Assembly: GCA_004022145.1 (NCBI GenBank)
Contig: RCNU01000023.1
Length of the DNA: 64,000 bases
Direction: 5' to 3' (one strand)
Origin: Paecilomyces variotii
Taxonomy: Eukaryota
A program made the translations under genes and the position numbers. Positions 37,186-50,329 of this stretch are shown here, in pieces (within the stretch, counting starts at the first letter, position 1; each line of letters begins with the position of its first letter). Under the pieces are notes generated by a model. That model made no database searches. It saw only the letters and a list, made by a program, of their open reading frames with translations, and had not been told where the DNA came from.

Positions 37186-37926
37186 ATGCCATCCATTGCA
37201 GGTTCCAAGGTCCTGATCCTTGGCGGCTCTTCAGGAATCGGCTTCGGGGTTGCGAAGCATTCCCTCGTCGAAGGCGCTCGCGTTTTCATCTCCTCCTCAA
37301 ACCCTACGCGAGTATCCAATGCAGTGAACTCTCTGAAGGAGTCCTTCCCCAATGGCGACGTGACAGGATACCCATGCGATCTGAGCCAGGACGATGCCGA
37401 GAGTCGACTGGAGGACCTCTTCAGCAAGATCGGTGAGCTCGATCACATTATCTTCACAGCAGGTGACGGGCTCGCCCTCAAGCCGGTCTCAGAGATCGAC
37501 ATCGATTATATTCGCAAGGCGGGTCATGTTCGTTTCACGGTCCCTCTGCTTGTCGCGAAGGTCGGTTCGCGCTACCTGAAAAAGAGTCACACGTCTTCCT
37601 ACATCTTGACTGGAGGTGCGGTGGCACAGAAGCCCATGCCCAACTGGTCTGTGGTGGCATCGTATTCTTCCGGCCTGAATGGAATGGTTCGCAACTTGGC
37701 GTTGGATCTCAAGCCTATTCGTGTCAATCTAGTCATCCCTGGCGCCATCGAAACGGAGCTCTGGGGACCCAACAGGGAGGCCTTGGTTAAGCAGGCTGCG
37801 GCACATACGGCTCTGGGCAAGGTTGGTGCCCCAGAGGAGGTTGCAGAGGCATACATATACTTCATGAAAGACACGAACGCTACTGCCAGCTCGATCAGCA
37901 GCAACGGAGGCTCCCTGATCGTTTAG
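37186..37926 (+). CDS. Short-chain dehydrogenase/reductase, single exon, 246 aa
   Basis: ILGGSSGIG, LDHIIFTAGD, LALDLKPIRVNLVIPGAIETELW and VGAPEEVAEAY. Confidence 0.9.
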   Translation: MPSIAGSKVLILGGSSGIGFGVAKHSLVEGARVFISSSNPTRVSNAVNSLKESFPNGDVTGYPCDLSQDDAESRLEDLFSKIGELDHIIFTAGDGLALKPVSEIDIDYIRKAGHVRFTVPLLVAKVGSRYLKKSHTSSYILTGGAVAQKPMPNWSVVASYSSGLNGMVRNLALDLKPIRVNLVIPGAIETELWGPNREALVKQAAAHTALGKVGAPEEVAEAYIYFMKDTNATASSISSNGGSLIV

Positions 37927-38195
37927 AGCCTCTGCTATCTCTGCCATTATTCTTCCACGATAGTCATGAGGCCGTCCCTAGACGCCCCTGTCTATCGATG
38001 CGAAGAGATGATGGATAAAACCCACTACGATAGAATCACAATATACTACGTTAGACATACTTTTGTTAAGATCCCGTGAATGAATGAAAGCATCAGTTAA
38101 TAATGTATGATCTCCCGTCCTCGCACTCGTAGTGATTGTGACACTCACTACGCCCATATTCTAGGACCGTAGTGCTATATAATCCAGAGCCCTAA

Positions 38196-39573
38196 TCAGT
38201 AGAGACTCGTGATCTTGGTTCCTCCGTTTGGTAGTTTCGCCCTCAGAATAGTGCCCGGATACTGGCGAAGATCAGTCCCGTTATTCCACATTGGTTGATA
38301 GGGGAGCTGGTTGATAATGACATAAAGATATCCATCTTCCCCGACGGACAGTCCATCTGGCCAGATGATCCTTGGATCCCTCACGAACGGCTCCGTACGC
38401 CTCGTGGATGGGTTATAGTAGTAGATCGCATTCTGTTCCGGGATCCCCTGGTATATCAGCCCATTGGAATCGCCCTCGAATCCGTTCCCGTGTCCTCCAC
38501 GCTGACCAAGATTCTTCACGTTATCATTTGCCGCCTCGAGGGAGTCGATACTGGTGTGGTCGCGCAGATATTTAGTCTCAATGGAATAAATGTAGTCGGA
38601 AACCATAGGCGAGTAATAGAGCACGGAACCAGATGGATCAAGCTGGATACCGTCACATCCTTGAGTTAAATGCTTGAATGGAGACCCCTTTGCCCATTGA
38701 TAGAAAGGAACGCCTTGATAACTTGGAACAACATCATATGCTCCTCGTGTTGAAGGGTGGAGATCGAGCTGTCGCCACGACTCTCCAGTCCCTAAATCGA
38801 GCATGACGATGCCATTGCGGCCCTCTGGAGATTCGTCGCTGAAATACACAATCCCTTTGCCGCTTTCCGTGACATTGGGCCGTAGATCAAACCGGAGGTC
38901 ATTGAGCGATGAGTCCGGATAATTCACAGTTGATGGGAAAGTATACACGTCCGTAACTGTGTCATTGTCGAGATTAATTGCGACAAGCTTCGTTCCACCT
39001 ACATATTCATAATCAGTCTTACACTGACAAAAAAAATATTGACATGGCCCATTCCAAGACTCTCATAGGAGGGGGGAAAAAGGAACGATAGAACAACTCA
39101 CCTGGTAGCGCATATGCCATCTCCCCGGTGACGCCTACATTCGGTCTCCCTACATCCAGCACCCACAAGGTTTCTGGACGGCTATCCGTCTGTGGCGTGA
39201 TATACAGTGCCTGCACGCTGATCAACCCGGTGCGATTATTTGATCCAAATAGAATCCCATCCACGTTCTGCGTGCGCTCGTCGGGAGGAACATTCCATTC
39301 CTGACTGGGATATGGCCGCTCAGTTGTTTTATCCACGACCTCACCAAGAGTGTATGTGTAGTTTCCAGGATAGTACGTCACGAATATGCGACCCTTACTT
39401 GAGACAGCGAAACCAACGGGCCATTGGTCGTAAAAGTAATGGACTTCTTCCACCGGTGGTCCATAAGTGCCGTTATCGACTCGAAGCCGCGTACCAGAGG
39501 AGTTCTGAAAGGTTGGCTGAGAAATAACGAGACTTACGGCGAAAGCCAGAAGGGTACAGAGAACTTTCTTCAT
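38196..39573 (-). CDS. Secreted major royal jelly/yellow-family protein, 2 exons (intron 39101-38999)
   Basis: Signal peptide MKKVLCTLLAFAVSLVIS. WPVGFAVSSKGRIF, ISVQ, LWVLDVGRP, PG|GTKLV, LNDLRFDL, DGIQL and DPRIIWPD. Confidence 0.88.
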
Positions 39574-40366
39574 GTTTATATAATTCTTCGAGTGAACAGA
39601 CATGGATATGGATTTTGGACTCAGAGATTATTTCACACCATGAATGGCCGCTGCAGTTCTAAGTCTCAGAATGCGAAAGCTCCAATATATGAAATATCAT
39701 TGAGGCGAGCTACAGCCCTGGGTGGGAAAGAGCTAGCAAGTACGCCCTAGAATCAGTACTTTCATGTATGCAGTGCACAGGGATTATAAATCCAACTACG
39801 CGGGGTGTGCGGAAGAACTGATTCGACATACGGAGACTGGTGGAATATGTGACGATATACTACCTTATTGCCGGAATAGGTACGACGATCACTGCATGCG
39901 TATGTAGTTCCCGACCATCATCTTGGCCTGATTGGTGCTTCCAGACAGGCATGACAGAACCAAAAGCTTGACCAAACGATGGAAGTACTGAATCCAACTA
40001 CTCGATCAGGCAATAAGCGGAAACGGTCCGATCGGGTCTGACAGGAAGCAATCATAGTATTCCATAGTACAGTGCCATCACCGCTATTACTCCTGGAACC
40101 TTCTGTGTGAATCTTCAGGGTATCAATGCTTCAGGTAGCTGCTGGATATACATGCGACGGCAAATCTGCTATCCGCAAAGCAGACTAGTATGTTTCAGGT
40201 GTCGAAGTCGACAATCGTGGTCTGTTCACGGATGGGAAATAACTAAGTGCTAATACATCGACAGCCGACAAGTCTATAGAAAACTCCATGTATAACCGCG
40301 AATGCCCCTCCATGAACGCCAAGGAACCAGTGTAGAGATCATTAAGTACATTCCTTTCCCCAGTTT

Positions 40367-42490
40367 TCACTGAACGCCGACGGGCCTCGCACCGCTTAGG
40401 TTCACAACACGGCCACCGCCAGCCCCGTCGAAAGTATTCGCCCTCGCGTTGAAAGCAGACTGAGCGGGTATCCGTACCCAGCCAGGCACGGAGTCGTCTT
40501 CACTCTCCCGTGCAGAGATTGTCTGCCAAACATTGGGGAAGCCTGTAGGAAGCGCACCCTTCAGCCGTGCTCCAGGGATGGCAAAACGAGGGTTCTTGTG
40601 GGTCAAATATCCACGCATTAGACCCTGCGTCAGCAGAGATGCGAGTATAGATTCAAGTTCGGCCATCAAAAGTTGGTCGCGGTCCTGGGCTTTATTCCCG
40701 CCAGGATACGGGTTGAGCTCGTATTGACCGTAGTCGTCATTGGGTTCACCGTCTACAAGTGCACCTACCGGGTTTTCTTGCCATTCACCTTGCGCGTCGA
40801 AGAATCCGTCTGGTGCTGCGTAATCATCGAAGTCCGTATGATGAGTAGTCTCGGCAGCTTGTATGGAATTATCCCCCAAACCGGAAAAGTCATTGTCAGG
40901 GGGATGATACACAACCTGGGACCCATACTCACTCTCCTGGGCCGCTGCATCTTTTGCAAGATCAGGTCGCTTGACTGCCCCAAACAGGCTGGTTGTCCCT
41001 ATGGCCTCCATTCCTGGACGCTCGTGACGAGCTTGGAGCCATCTCACGACTGTTTCTAACTTGTTCAGATACAAGAATGGCGGTGGACCACGTTGGGCCT
41101 GGGCGCGCGAATCGCCATGGAAACCGCCATGGATAAAGACCTTGCGTGTGAGTGAGCGCCAAACAAGGATCTCGCATCGATTGCGAAGTTGAAGCAGAAT
41201 GCCTTTGCGGGCAAACCACTGTAACTCGGGAGAATCAAAGGCCAAGTACTGTCTGAAGGCAATGTAGTCCCCACTGAGAATGAGCTGACACAGCGGAACA
41301 AACTTATCTGCGAGGCCCTGTGCTTCTGGTTTCTGCAACAGTGCTGCGGATGGAAATCGGCCCAAGACAATATTACAAGGAATAAGATAGGTGAGAATCA
41401 GATTCTTCTGGCTCATTGCCTGTCGATGACACTGGTCGTAGGCGGCTTGTAAGGCAGTTTGAGCGGGATAAAAGAGATTATTAGAAAAGAGGTAACGTCC
41501 AAGGTAATAAAGATATGTTACCCTCTGAGAGGCCGGGAAATATTCCAGAGGAGGAGACTGAGCGCTTATGCTGGCGAACATTTGTTCCGCATTTCGCAGT
41601 TTACCACACTGGGGTCCATTAGCGGGCTACCAAGATTGGCCCAAGATTTTTCTCTCACCTGGAATAGGAGCTTCAAGCAGACGTTGGCCATAAGGTATAT
41701 GCCCACTCGTCTTCCTTCCGGCTTCCCCTGTGTACCCGGCGTGCCGCTTCGGTCCGTCAGACATTTGATGAACGCTTCGCGAACCACGTTTGCCGACTGT
41801 TCCACCAGGGTAACCTTTTCTGTGGCCTCTTCCCGGTCTAGACGGCCTTCCTGTCGGAGGAGATGGGCAACCAACTCGGGCCGGCGATCGAGGCCCATGG
41901 CCAGCTTCGATAGAACTTTTGAGAGGTACAGGACCGTTGGAAGAACGATGACCCCCATTTGACTGTCTCCCAGAGCGAGAACACATTGACTGTAGTGAAT
42001 ATCGAGTCCGTGATCAGTCTTCTGTCTTTATACAAGGAGAGTCGTCCCGCGTAATCCATTGTAGGAGGCAGCGTTCGTTTCCATGTGTGCCCAGAACTCG
42101 ACCGCGTACGCAAGGGAGGGGCGGAACGGATGTTTCGATCGAGACTTACTTCAGTAATCCCTTCAGCATGTCGTACGTCTCGAGGAGGTTTTCGACGTTG
42201 GCGTCTCGCAGGAAGGTGAAATAGAGCTTCATGAAGACCGGAAACGCCGTCCAGGGCGGACCGGAACGATTTCGAGGTACCAATGCCTCACAACGCTTGA
42301 GCAATTCCGCGTCACCTTGTGTATTTGCTGGATAGTATTGTCTCAACTCCAGTGCCATCTTCTGGTATATTTCGGGCAGAGGGGGCTCCAACTGCAGGAA
42401 ATCCTGCAGCTTTGCGCCATCGCGTTCGTTCGTCAACTCCGCGATGCTGCGCAAGAAGTCGTTCAGAACAACTGGCCCTGGTGCAGCCAT
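40367..42490 (-). CDS. PCI-domain protein, Csn12/PCID2(Thp1)-like, 3 exons
   Basis: GIYLMANVCLKLLFQ|CGKLRNAEQMF, QRVTYLYYLGRYLF, ILTYLIPCNIVLGRFP and ESILASLLTQGLMRGY. Confidence 0.82.
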
Positions 42491-43475
42491 TATACCGATT
42501 TCCAGTGTGAACAGGCACCTGCTGTTGGGCAGGCCCTTTTTTCGACGGTGAGCGAAAGCTGTCGGAAGAGCTTGCTTGGTGTGCTGATCCTGGTCGTGAT
42601 TGACTCGACTGAAAGCCTATGCAAGAGCTGCTGTTCTAGGTCGAAGCATGTTTGCGAACAGCGTACCGATGTTGATACCACGCAGTCAACTGACTAAGTA
42701 CCTTGTTGTGCTCCTTGGTTGCGTTGCGCGCTTTGGCTTGGATAGCAGAGGACACGCGGGAGCTCTCAAAAGACGATCCGCGATGCGATCCGCACCGGCG
42801 AAGCTGCCGCCCCGCGCCGCCTTTCTTTTCGAGCGTTAGATGATTGATATCTTGGAGTCGATCAGAACTGCTAAGTTACAACGATCTTGGCATCAAATTA
42901 ACAGAATTATCAGAACTGTCAATAGCCTTGGACAGCTCATATTGTTGTATAGGATGGCTTTTGATGCACGATCAACTGCCCAAAACACATTCTTCTTGAC
43001 AGTCCTCGACATACACTGGCGCTATGGAGTGCTTCAGTCCAGAACCAGACAGCTGACAATGTATTGCTTGATTCCACATGGTGACAAATTTAGCAATCGA
43101 TATACACTTTCTCGGTCAATCTGATCTGTTCTATCAATTCTATCCTGCTTATTATTGAGATTGATTTCCAAGAATCACTTTCACGTGCATCCACGGATTT
43201 ACATCACGTGTCGAGGCATAACTACGTCATGACGGGACGAAGTGGTGAGAAAGCGAAACAAGAGAAAAGAACGAAAAGAAAGAAAGAATCAATTGATCTT
43301 CCTCTGCCGTGTGGTTACATCACCTGCAGGGAAGCTAGCCTGTCTCTTGATCCGTGTCAATTGAGGTCTGGTAGCCCATATTATATACTTGGCTCATCTC
43401 AGCCTGCTCTGTTTGATACTCTTCTTCACAGCACCTATGCTGCCGGCATCATTCTCTACCTGATCAGTCACAACG

Positions 43476-45089
43476 ATGGCCAACTCTCGGGGTGATGACT
43501 CTCTTCTGCTCGCTTTCATTAGGCAGCCATTCACCGTATTATACATTTTACTGCAGAGGGTCTTAGAATATATCTTTGCTCCTGCGCCGCCGCCATTGTC
43601 GGAGCGCCGTGAAAAGCTCCATCGTCCTCGGATTGCCGTGATTGGGGCCGGTTTGACAGGTATCTCGTCAGCAGCTCATTGTGTCGGTCATGGCTTCGAT
43701 GTCAAGATCTTCGAAGCAAGGTCCAGGGATAAAGGACTGGGAGGAATATGGAGTGTATGATTCCTATTATCTCCTACCAGTTTCCATAAAGCGTGGCTGA
43801 CTATGGTGTAGAGAGTGAACTCAACCTCTGCATTGCAAATCCACAGCATCATGTACCGCTTCCATCCTTCAGTCAGATATGACTCGGCCTACCCGACCCA
43901 GGAGCAGATCCGACAACAGATTATCGAAGTCTGGAAGCGCTACGACCTTCCCGACCACACCGTCTTCGATACACCCGTGAAATCGACGAAGCAAAATAGA
44001 GAAGGTAAATGGATAATAAACGACAATGAGCAGGAGCATGGCCTCTTTGACGGCATCGTCGCAGCGGTTGGTGTCTGCGGCGAGCCAAAGATGCCCCCCC
44101 TACCCGGCCAGGAGAAGTACAAGGGTCCGATCTTCCATTCTAGCAACCTTGACGGGAAAGACGCCAAGGGGAAAAGGGTCCTTATTGTCGGTGGAGGAGC
44201 CAGTGCTATCGAGGCCCTTGAATTTGCCGTCAAGGCTGGGGCTGCCGAGATAGACGTCCTGTCTCGTTCAGACAAATGGGTCATCCCGCGAAATTTCTTT
44301 GTTCAAACATTACTGGCTATGAATGTCTTTGGCCAGGAAACGTTCTTCACTTGGATCCCTGAGTGGTTTCTGAAAAAGTTCTTCTATCGAGACCTGCAGG
44401 ATATCGCCCCCAAGGGTGGCTTGTACACTGGTACGCCTATGGCAAACAATGATCTCTTCGAACAAATTCGCAAGGGCAAGGCACGTTGGCTCCGAGGTGA
44501 CATCGTTTCCTTGGAGGAAGACGGTGTTCTGTTCAATCATCGTGAGAAAGGAGTGCCCAAGGACGGACCGGGTCACGAGGCTGTTGTGCCTGGAGACCTC
44601 ATAATCATGGCCACCGGCTTCAAGCGTCCATCGCTATCATTCCTTCCAGACAAGGTGTTTGAGCCCCCGTATGCCCCTCCAAATTGGTACCTCCAAGTCT
44701 TCCCTCCTGCATATCCCAGCATCTGCGCCAACAACAGTACGTATGTCAATGCTATCGGAACGGTAGGAAACTACCACATTGGCATCTATACCCGCTTCCT
44801 GCTCATGTTTCTTGTCGATCCTCTGACTCGACCAACCGAGGGCTGGATGAAGACCTGGATTGACTTCACGCGGACCATGAAAAGACTAGCGCCCACAGGT
44901 GCATTCGACTTCTTCACATATGCTGAGCTGATTTACTGGTATGTCTTCGTCATCATTGTCAATCCGTTCCGCTGGAAGTGGGCTCTCTTTGTCTTCTTCG
45001 GTATCGGACGTTCTTTACCCATGAAGATTGTCGAGCATGAGGGTTACATTCGGGACCAATTTGGTGACGAGAAGAATGGTCATAAGTAG
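43476..45089 (+). CDS. Flavin-containing monooxygenase-like protein, 2 exons
   Basis: IAVIGAGLTG (FAD), GGIWS|RVN, YKGPIFHSS (FxGxxxHS-like), VGGGASA (NADP) and IMATGF. Confidence 0.9.
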
Positions 45090-45288
45090 TCATCTTATCA
45101 TGCCTATCTCCGAATGAACCTCCGTGAACTCGACGAGTGTCACTTACATATCTAGCTCCATATGTCGATGCCAATCTCATGACGATGTAATGTAGTGTAC
45201 ATGTACTATGTTCCTGACAATATATGGATAGCTGCGCGTATATACAAATTGCTAAAGTTTTACTGAGCATTCCTTCTCGAAAGGCTTG

Positions 45289-46104
45289 CTATAGAGGCCT
45301 CCTCATCTCTGGCAATTTCCTGCCCGTATCGTAAGCAATATTCCCACGTCGTATTGGGAAACGACCCGTCTCCTCCAGCCAGAGGATCGGAGATAAAATG
45401 ACAGCACAAACGCTACAAAAAAGTGTAGCGAAAGTCTGCCACAGCAGAACGATCGTAAATCCGATACCGTACGGAACCACGAATTTAATAAATTCCGACG
45501 TCTGATAGAGATCCTCTTGCGACTTGATATAATACAGCTTGCGGTCTTCCTTTTGAGATTCCGGGGTATCTGAAGACGAACTGTAAGGGTAGTTCGTCAG
45601 AGTGAGTACACTCGTCAGAGTCACTGGCGCAACGTAGAAGGGAACAATCCAGATGGAGAATATCTGAGAGAGCGTGACGTAGAGTTTCATGTGTTCCTTA
45701 TCGAAAGCTGCCAACACCATTCGATCAGCATCAAATCACAACTAATCATACATTCACAATCTTGCAAAAAAGAGGTCTGCTATGCAAGCCAGACTCACCC
45801 ACGCTCTTAACCTCATACTCGATCCGCGGCGACATTATCTTGTACGCCTGGTAGACCTTGATGATCAGCAACCTGCTCCCGAACCAGCTCCATGTCCGAC
45901 AGAACGGATGAGTGAATTCAGCATCGGGCGTGAAGAACCGCTCAATCGTTTGCTTCTGGAGAGCAGGAGTTGATTGGACCAATAGGCCTATTACGGTGGA
46001 GATTTCATGCACTGTTGCGATATAGAGAGAGGACGGTCAGTTTGCGTTGATCTCGATGTGGGGTGTTGTGAGGGGATTAAGATTATCGTACCTGGATCTT
46101 CCAT
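45289..46104 (-). CDS. Conserved fungal hypothetical protein (NTF2-like fold suspected) with C-terminal TM, 3 exons
   Basis: MEDP|VHEISTVI..FFTPDAEFTHPFC..YKIMSPRI..V|AFD..YYIKSQEDLYQ, with canonical splice sites. Confidence 0.75.
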
Positions 46105-46574
46105 CGTGAAGATATACCTCCTGGGTGATGCTCCTTGTGGTCTTGAGAAATGTCAAGAGTAAGGAAATCTCATCGAATAATTACCTAGAGTAGATGTTTT
46201 GGGCGGTTCCTGAATCAATAAGAACTTAATGGGAGGTGATGATGTCATGATCCAATGAAAGCGCAGAAATGCATGTGACAGAGAACCCGCCCAGTTTTTT
46301 TTCAGCGTCAGACTTGGTCGATGCTGCTCTTTAGTTACTCTGCAAGGGAGAGTTAAGATTAGAGGCACAGAGATCGTAATAAAATATCATGACTGCTTTT
46401 TATTGGTATTGATGACTATGTACTGTAAGGTATCAAGGGCGATCGACAGAAATGCTGAAACTCCAGATGATAATGCGATAGAGAAACATAGCTTATCCAT
46501 ATCTCAGCCCGCAACAAAGAATGCTTTTTGCGAAATAAGAAAAATATTGAAAGTATGCGCAGTCAGACAGTCCA

Positions 46575-47747
46575 TCATCGCTTCCAGCTCTCGATCTTCT
46601 TCCTCCGTTTCTCGAAAGTCTGACCGATCCCTGCGCCATCGCCGCGAGGGCCGTCTTCTGTGAGTCGTCTTTTACGACTCTTCTCCAGGACATTCCCACT
46701 GCCTTTCGCCCGCCGCGTGAGTCGCTCGATCCGATCGGCTCCTTCACCCAGTCCTTTCCATTCCTCTCCTCCGAATCCGCCCTCGCGACCAAACTGAGCG
46801 CGCCGTTTCGCACGTTCCTTCTTGCTTTCCTTTGGTAATCGGACGAAGTTGGTCTCCTCGTATTCTCTCCGCTCCATCTCCAGTTGTCTCTCTTTCTGAG
46901 TCTTCGTGCTCCTGCCGCCTCTCTGGATGGTACTACCAATGCTGGGTTCAGCCATGGGAGCCGACGACATCTCGGTGCTGACGAATTCATCGATAACGTT
47001 CGACTTGCGAGGACGACGGGATTCCCTCTCACGTCGGTCAAGGTCTGGTAGAGCAGTCGGCTTGATCTTGGGAGGTCGGTAAATGCCATCGCTAGTAGAT
47101 TTACTCGTAGCTTTTGTTGATTGTTTCTCGGACCGTTCGACGGACTTGGAGAAGACGGAGATGTTCGGCCGATAAGCCATTTCATCAATGTCCTCCTCCT
47201 CTTCACTTTCGCTACCACTGGCATCGCTGTCAGCGCGATCGCTGCCTGACTCGTCCGATCCAGCCTTTTCTCTCTTCCCTTCGCGGGTCTTGGTTGCCTT
47301 GGCAGTGCGCTCAGCTCTTTCAGCATCTTCCGCTGCTTTGACCACTTTATCCACCTGGTACTTGAGTCGTGCCTCCAAAGGCCTAATACCACGGTCCAAG
47401 TACACCCTCAGCTCAACCAGTTTCTTGACGATATCGTCGCGGAGGGATGAGGCATCATTAGAATCATTGGTTTGGCTCTTCGAGTCGCGCTCTTTGGGGG
47501 AGAGCTCGCGTAGCTGACAGATCATCAGGAGCACCAGATTTTGTATATAAGAGAGCAGGATATCGCTCTTCGTGTCCAGCAGGGATATCCCATCTTGCGG
47601 GGGTTCGATGGTCACGTCGGAGGGTGCTTCCTTCTTCGTCTTCGGAAGTGATGGGCCGGCGTTCGACAAACAAGCGGTGATATCACCAAGGAGTGTCGAT
47701 AATGACTGAGCGCCCGAAGGCTGTGACTGTACCTCTGCCGTGGCCAT
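46575..47747 (-). CDS. lcp5: U3 snoRNP/SSU processome protein Lcp5 (neuroguidin; Sas10/Utp3/C1D family)
   Basis: GISLLDTKSDILLSYIQNL, RGIRPLEARLKYQVDKV, YRPN, GIYRPPKI and REYEETNFVRLP. Confidence 0.88.
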   Translation of the reverse strand: MATAEVQSQPSGAQSLSTLLGDITACLSNAGPSLPKTKKEAPSDVTIEPPQDGISLLDTKSDILLSYIQNLVLLMICQLRELSPKERDSKSQTNDSNDASSLRDDIVKKLVELRVYLDRGIRPLEARLKYQVDKVVKAAEDAERAERTAKATKTREGKREKAGSDESGSDRADSDASGSESEEEEDIDEMAYRPNISVFSKSVERSEKQSTKATSKSTSDGIYRPPKIKPTALPDLDRRERESRRPRKSNVIDEFVSTEMSSAPMAEPSIGSTIQRGGRSTKTQKERQLEMERREYEETNFVRLPKESKKERAKRRAQFGREGGFGGEEWKGLGEGADRIERLTRRAKGSGNVLEKSRKRRLTEDGPRGDGAGIGQTFEKRRKKIESWKR

Positions 47748-48696
47748 TGTGGGTTGTGTGCTGTCTCTACTGTCAATCTCGCCGCGACAAGAGATTTGAC
47801 GGGGAAATTTTTTGGGCGGCTATCATCACGTGGTCTTATCTCTGGCTAGTCATGTGTCTCTCCGCCCGAGCGCCTTCTGCTCCGCTCCACATCTCATTTC
47901 TGTGCTGCATACCTAACTAGGTATTTGATATTGCACAGTACAAATCGGGAATCATACTCACCAATGATCGCAGATAATCATGGTATCGTCTCTTCTCTTC
48001 TGTAGATTTTGTTTTGTTGAGCCGTTCGAGTTGCGATTTCACTGTCTGGACTTTGTACGTACTTCTACAGTCTAGGTAGGTACTTATTAGCCGCAAACCC
48101 CCTTTGTCTACCTAGTTGTAATGCCGATGTCTGTTGCTACCGGACATAACGGGTCTACTATAGTTATCTAATGATATATCCATTTGTTGTCCAAAATATT
48201 CTTCAGACATGCTGTTAAGAGGATGGAGTTTAGGGCCCCTGGTCCATCCGCTTGCGGTTTTGTGTAACTTGGAAAACTGCTTACTTGAAGTTCTTTGTGT
48301 GACCACCCCGTTGATGCAGAAGGGCTGTGGCTGTACACTACTAGCCTTTTCTGATTGCTTCGACGTGACTTGTTCCAGTGTAGGCTCAATAATAGGGACG
48401 CACAAAGGACAAAAAGATGACATTCACTTATTCACCCATTTAGGCTGGCCTGCGGTGGAACCTACCAGCAAGCCGGAGATTGCGTTTGCCTACCTCCTTG
48501 AAGTCATTTTCTCCTTTCTGGCCCCTTCAAATAATTCTAGCCTGAGTCGAAATCTCTGCGGCACTTTCTAAGATAACAACCCTATTTGCAAGTCACAAAT
48601 CCCAGAAGGCTTCCCAGCATTCAGGATTGAGCACACCCAGCAAGCTCCTCTCATCTCCCGAAGACTTCTAAGAAGCTCACATATCACATACCAGAC

Positions 48697-49627
48697 ATGA
48701 GGCTCCTTGTTGTGACTTTTATAGTCCTGTTATCTAGTGTCTGCGCGTTGCGCCTTGCTGTCGATGGAAAATGCCAGAAAGGCTACACAATCTGTCATCC
48801 TCCTGGTACAGCTGGAAGCTCTGAAGATACCGTCCATTTGTATCAAAATTTGGTTGACTCTGTCGATGATATGTCCACTAAAAGGGACGTGACGTTCGAA
48901 GCGTCTCTACTCGAAAGATCTTCCGTTCCTACTTTATGTTGTTAGTAGGACCTTGCTGAAAATCATTGTCCGCCTCTGGCTAACTGCCAACCAATTTCAG
49001 GCGTTCAGTCTATGCAATGTCTGCTTCTGAATAATGACCAAGTACCATTCTGCTGGGTAAGTCCTATTCATATTCAGGCGCACGTTCTCCAACTCACACT
49101 TTTGAATACAGGACCGTTTCACCACAAACGTCTATTTCGCTGATGGCTGGTACGGCAGCATCGCCAACGGGAATTTTACATCGCCATCCGGAAGACGGGT
49201 TAATTTGATAACAGGTGAATATGCAGATGGCTCTGGAAATATTTATTCTGCGAACCTGGGGGCCAGACCTAACACGGCCACGATGGACTTGCCGGCTCCT
49301 TGGACGAGCAAAGGCGTCGGAAGCGCCATACCTGCTAGCATCCTGGGAGCTCCAGCTACGTACACAGTTACAATTCCCGGGACAACAAGACCTGAGAGCA
49401 TTATTCCTGCTGAAACTGTCGCGGCCACTACTTTGAACGGCACCAGAGTTCCCGGTACAACTGAACCGGCCTCGACGATTGATGGCACGACAGTCGCCGC
49501 TCGAGTAACCACTGTCACGGAGACACCCGCTGCTACCCAGACACACCGTGGAACCGCTGTTCAGTTCCATCCTCAGTTGATCCCGGCGTTTGTCACTGCT
49601 GGTCTAATGCTGCTCCTTTCAATGTAG
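48697..49627 (+). CDS. Secreted, probably GPI-anchored Cys-domain / Thr-rich cell-surface protein, 3 exons
   Basis: Signal peptide, Cys-containing N-domain (TLC|CVQSMQCL..PFCW|DRFTTN), Thr-rich stalk and hydrophobic C-terminus. Confidence 0.78.
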
Positions 49628-50329
49628 TGACAGTTTACGACTGGTATTCGTCTCGACCATGTCGGTAGAAAGTGTATCTTCTTATGGCTGTACGCAAAGA
49701 CACGTGTCTTTGCGGGTCTTTTTTTCTAGTATATCCGAGGATTATAATAGCTAATGAGAATAATCTGTCGAAGCTTTCTCCTTGCACTGCAGTTAAACTC
49801 TGGTTGTTTCGGAGGAAAAGTAAAACCATACCTCTTTTTTACCCCTCACGGCCAGATGGTGATTCATCTTTGTTAGATTTTTAAGAACTTCACATGGAAA
49901 AGGGTGTGACTTGTTCTTCCTAGCCATTGAGAAATGCCAGCCAAGCTGCTTATGAATGTGTTGGTTATTCTAAGTATGTCCAATACTGTCTATTTATTGT
50001 TGTACAGATCACGTGCTCCTCCAAGACCACGTAGCGGCAAGGCATGAACAACTTAGCTCCGACACTCCGGTTGCATAGAAACCGAGCTCGGGACCCTGAT
50101 CAACTTCCCAACTTACTTTTGGCCCACTGCCACTAGATATCACAAAAAGTTCCGCTGCCAAGACCATCTCGTGGTCTGCTGGCGCCGCATGAGCAACTGA
50201 CATACCCTTTTCCTGAGGTGGAAGAAGTGGGTGGACTGTAAGTATGTGATATCCACTGCTAGTTCAAGCTGAGTCCGCGGATTCCCAGAGCTGCAAGCTG
50301 ACGTGAACTTCTCACTCAAGACGCTCACC

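Noticed and set aside
46493-47392. 299-aa alternative-frame ORF over lcp5, and other long overlapping or antisense ORFs (e.g. 56921-57754, 6196-6774, 63155-63688)
   Set aside because: These are shadow ORFs of real genes caused by codon bias, with no recognisable motifs.
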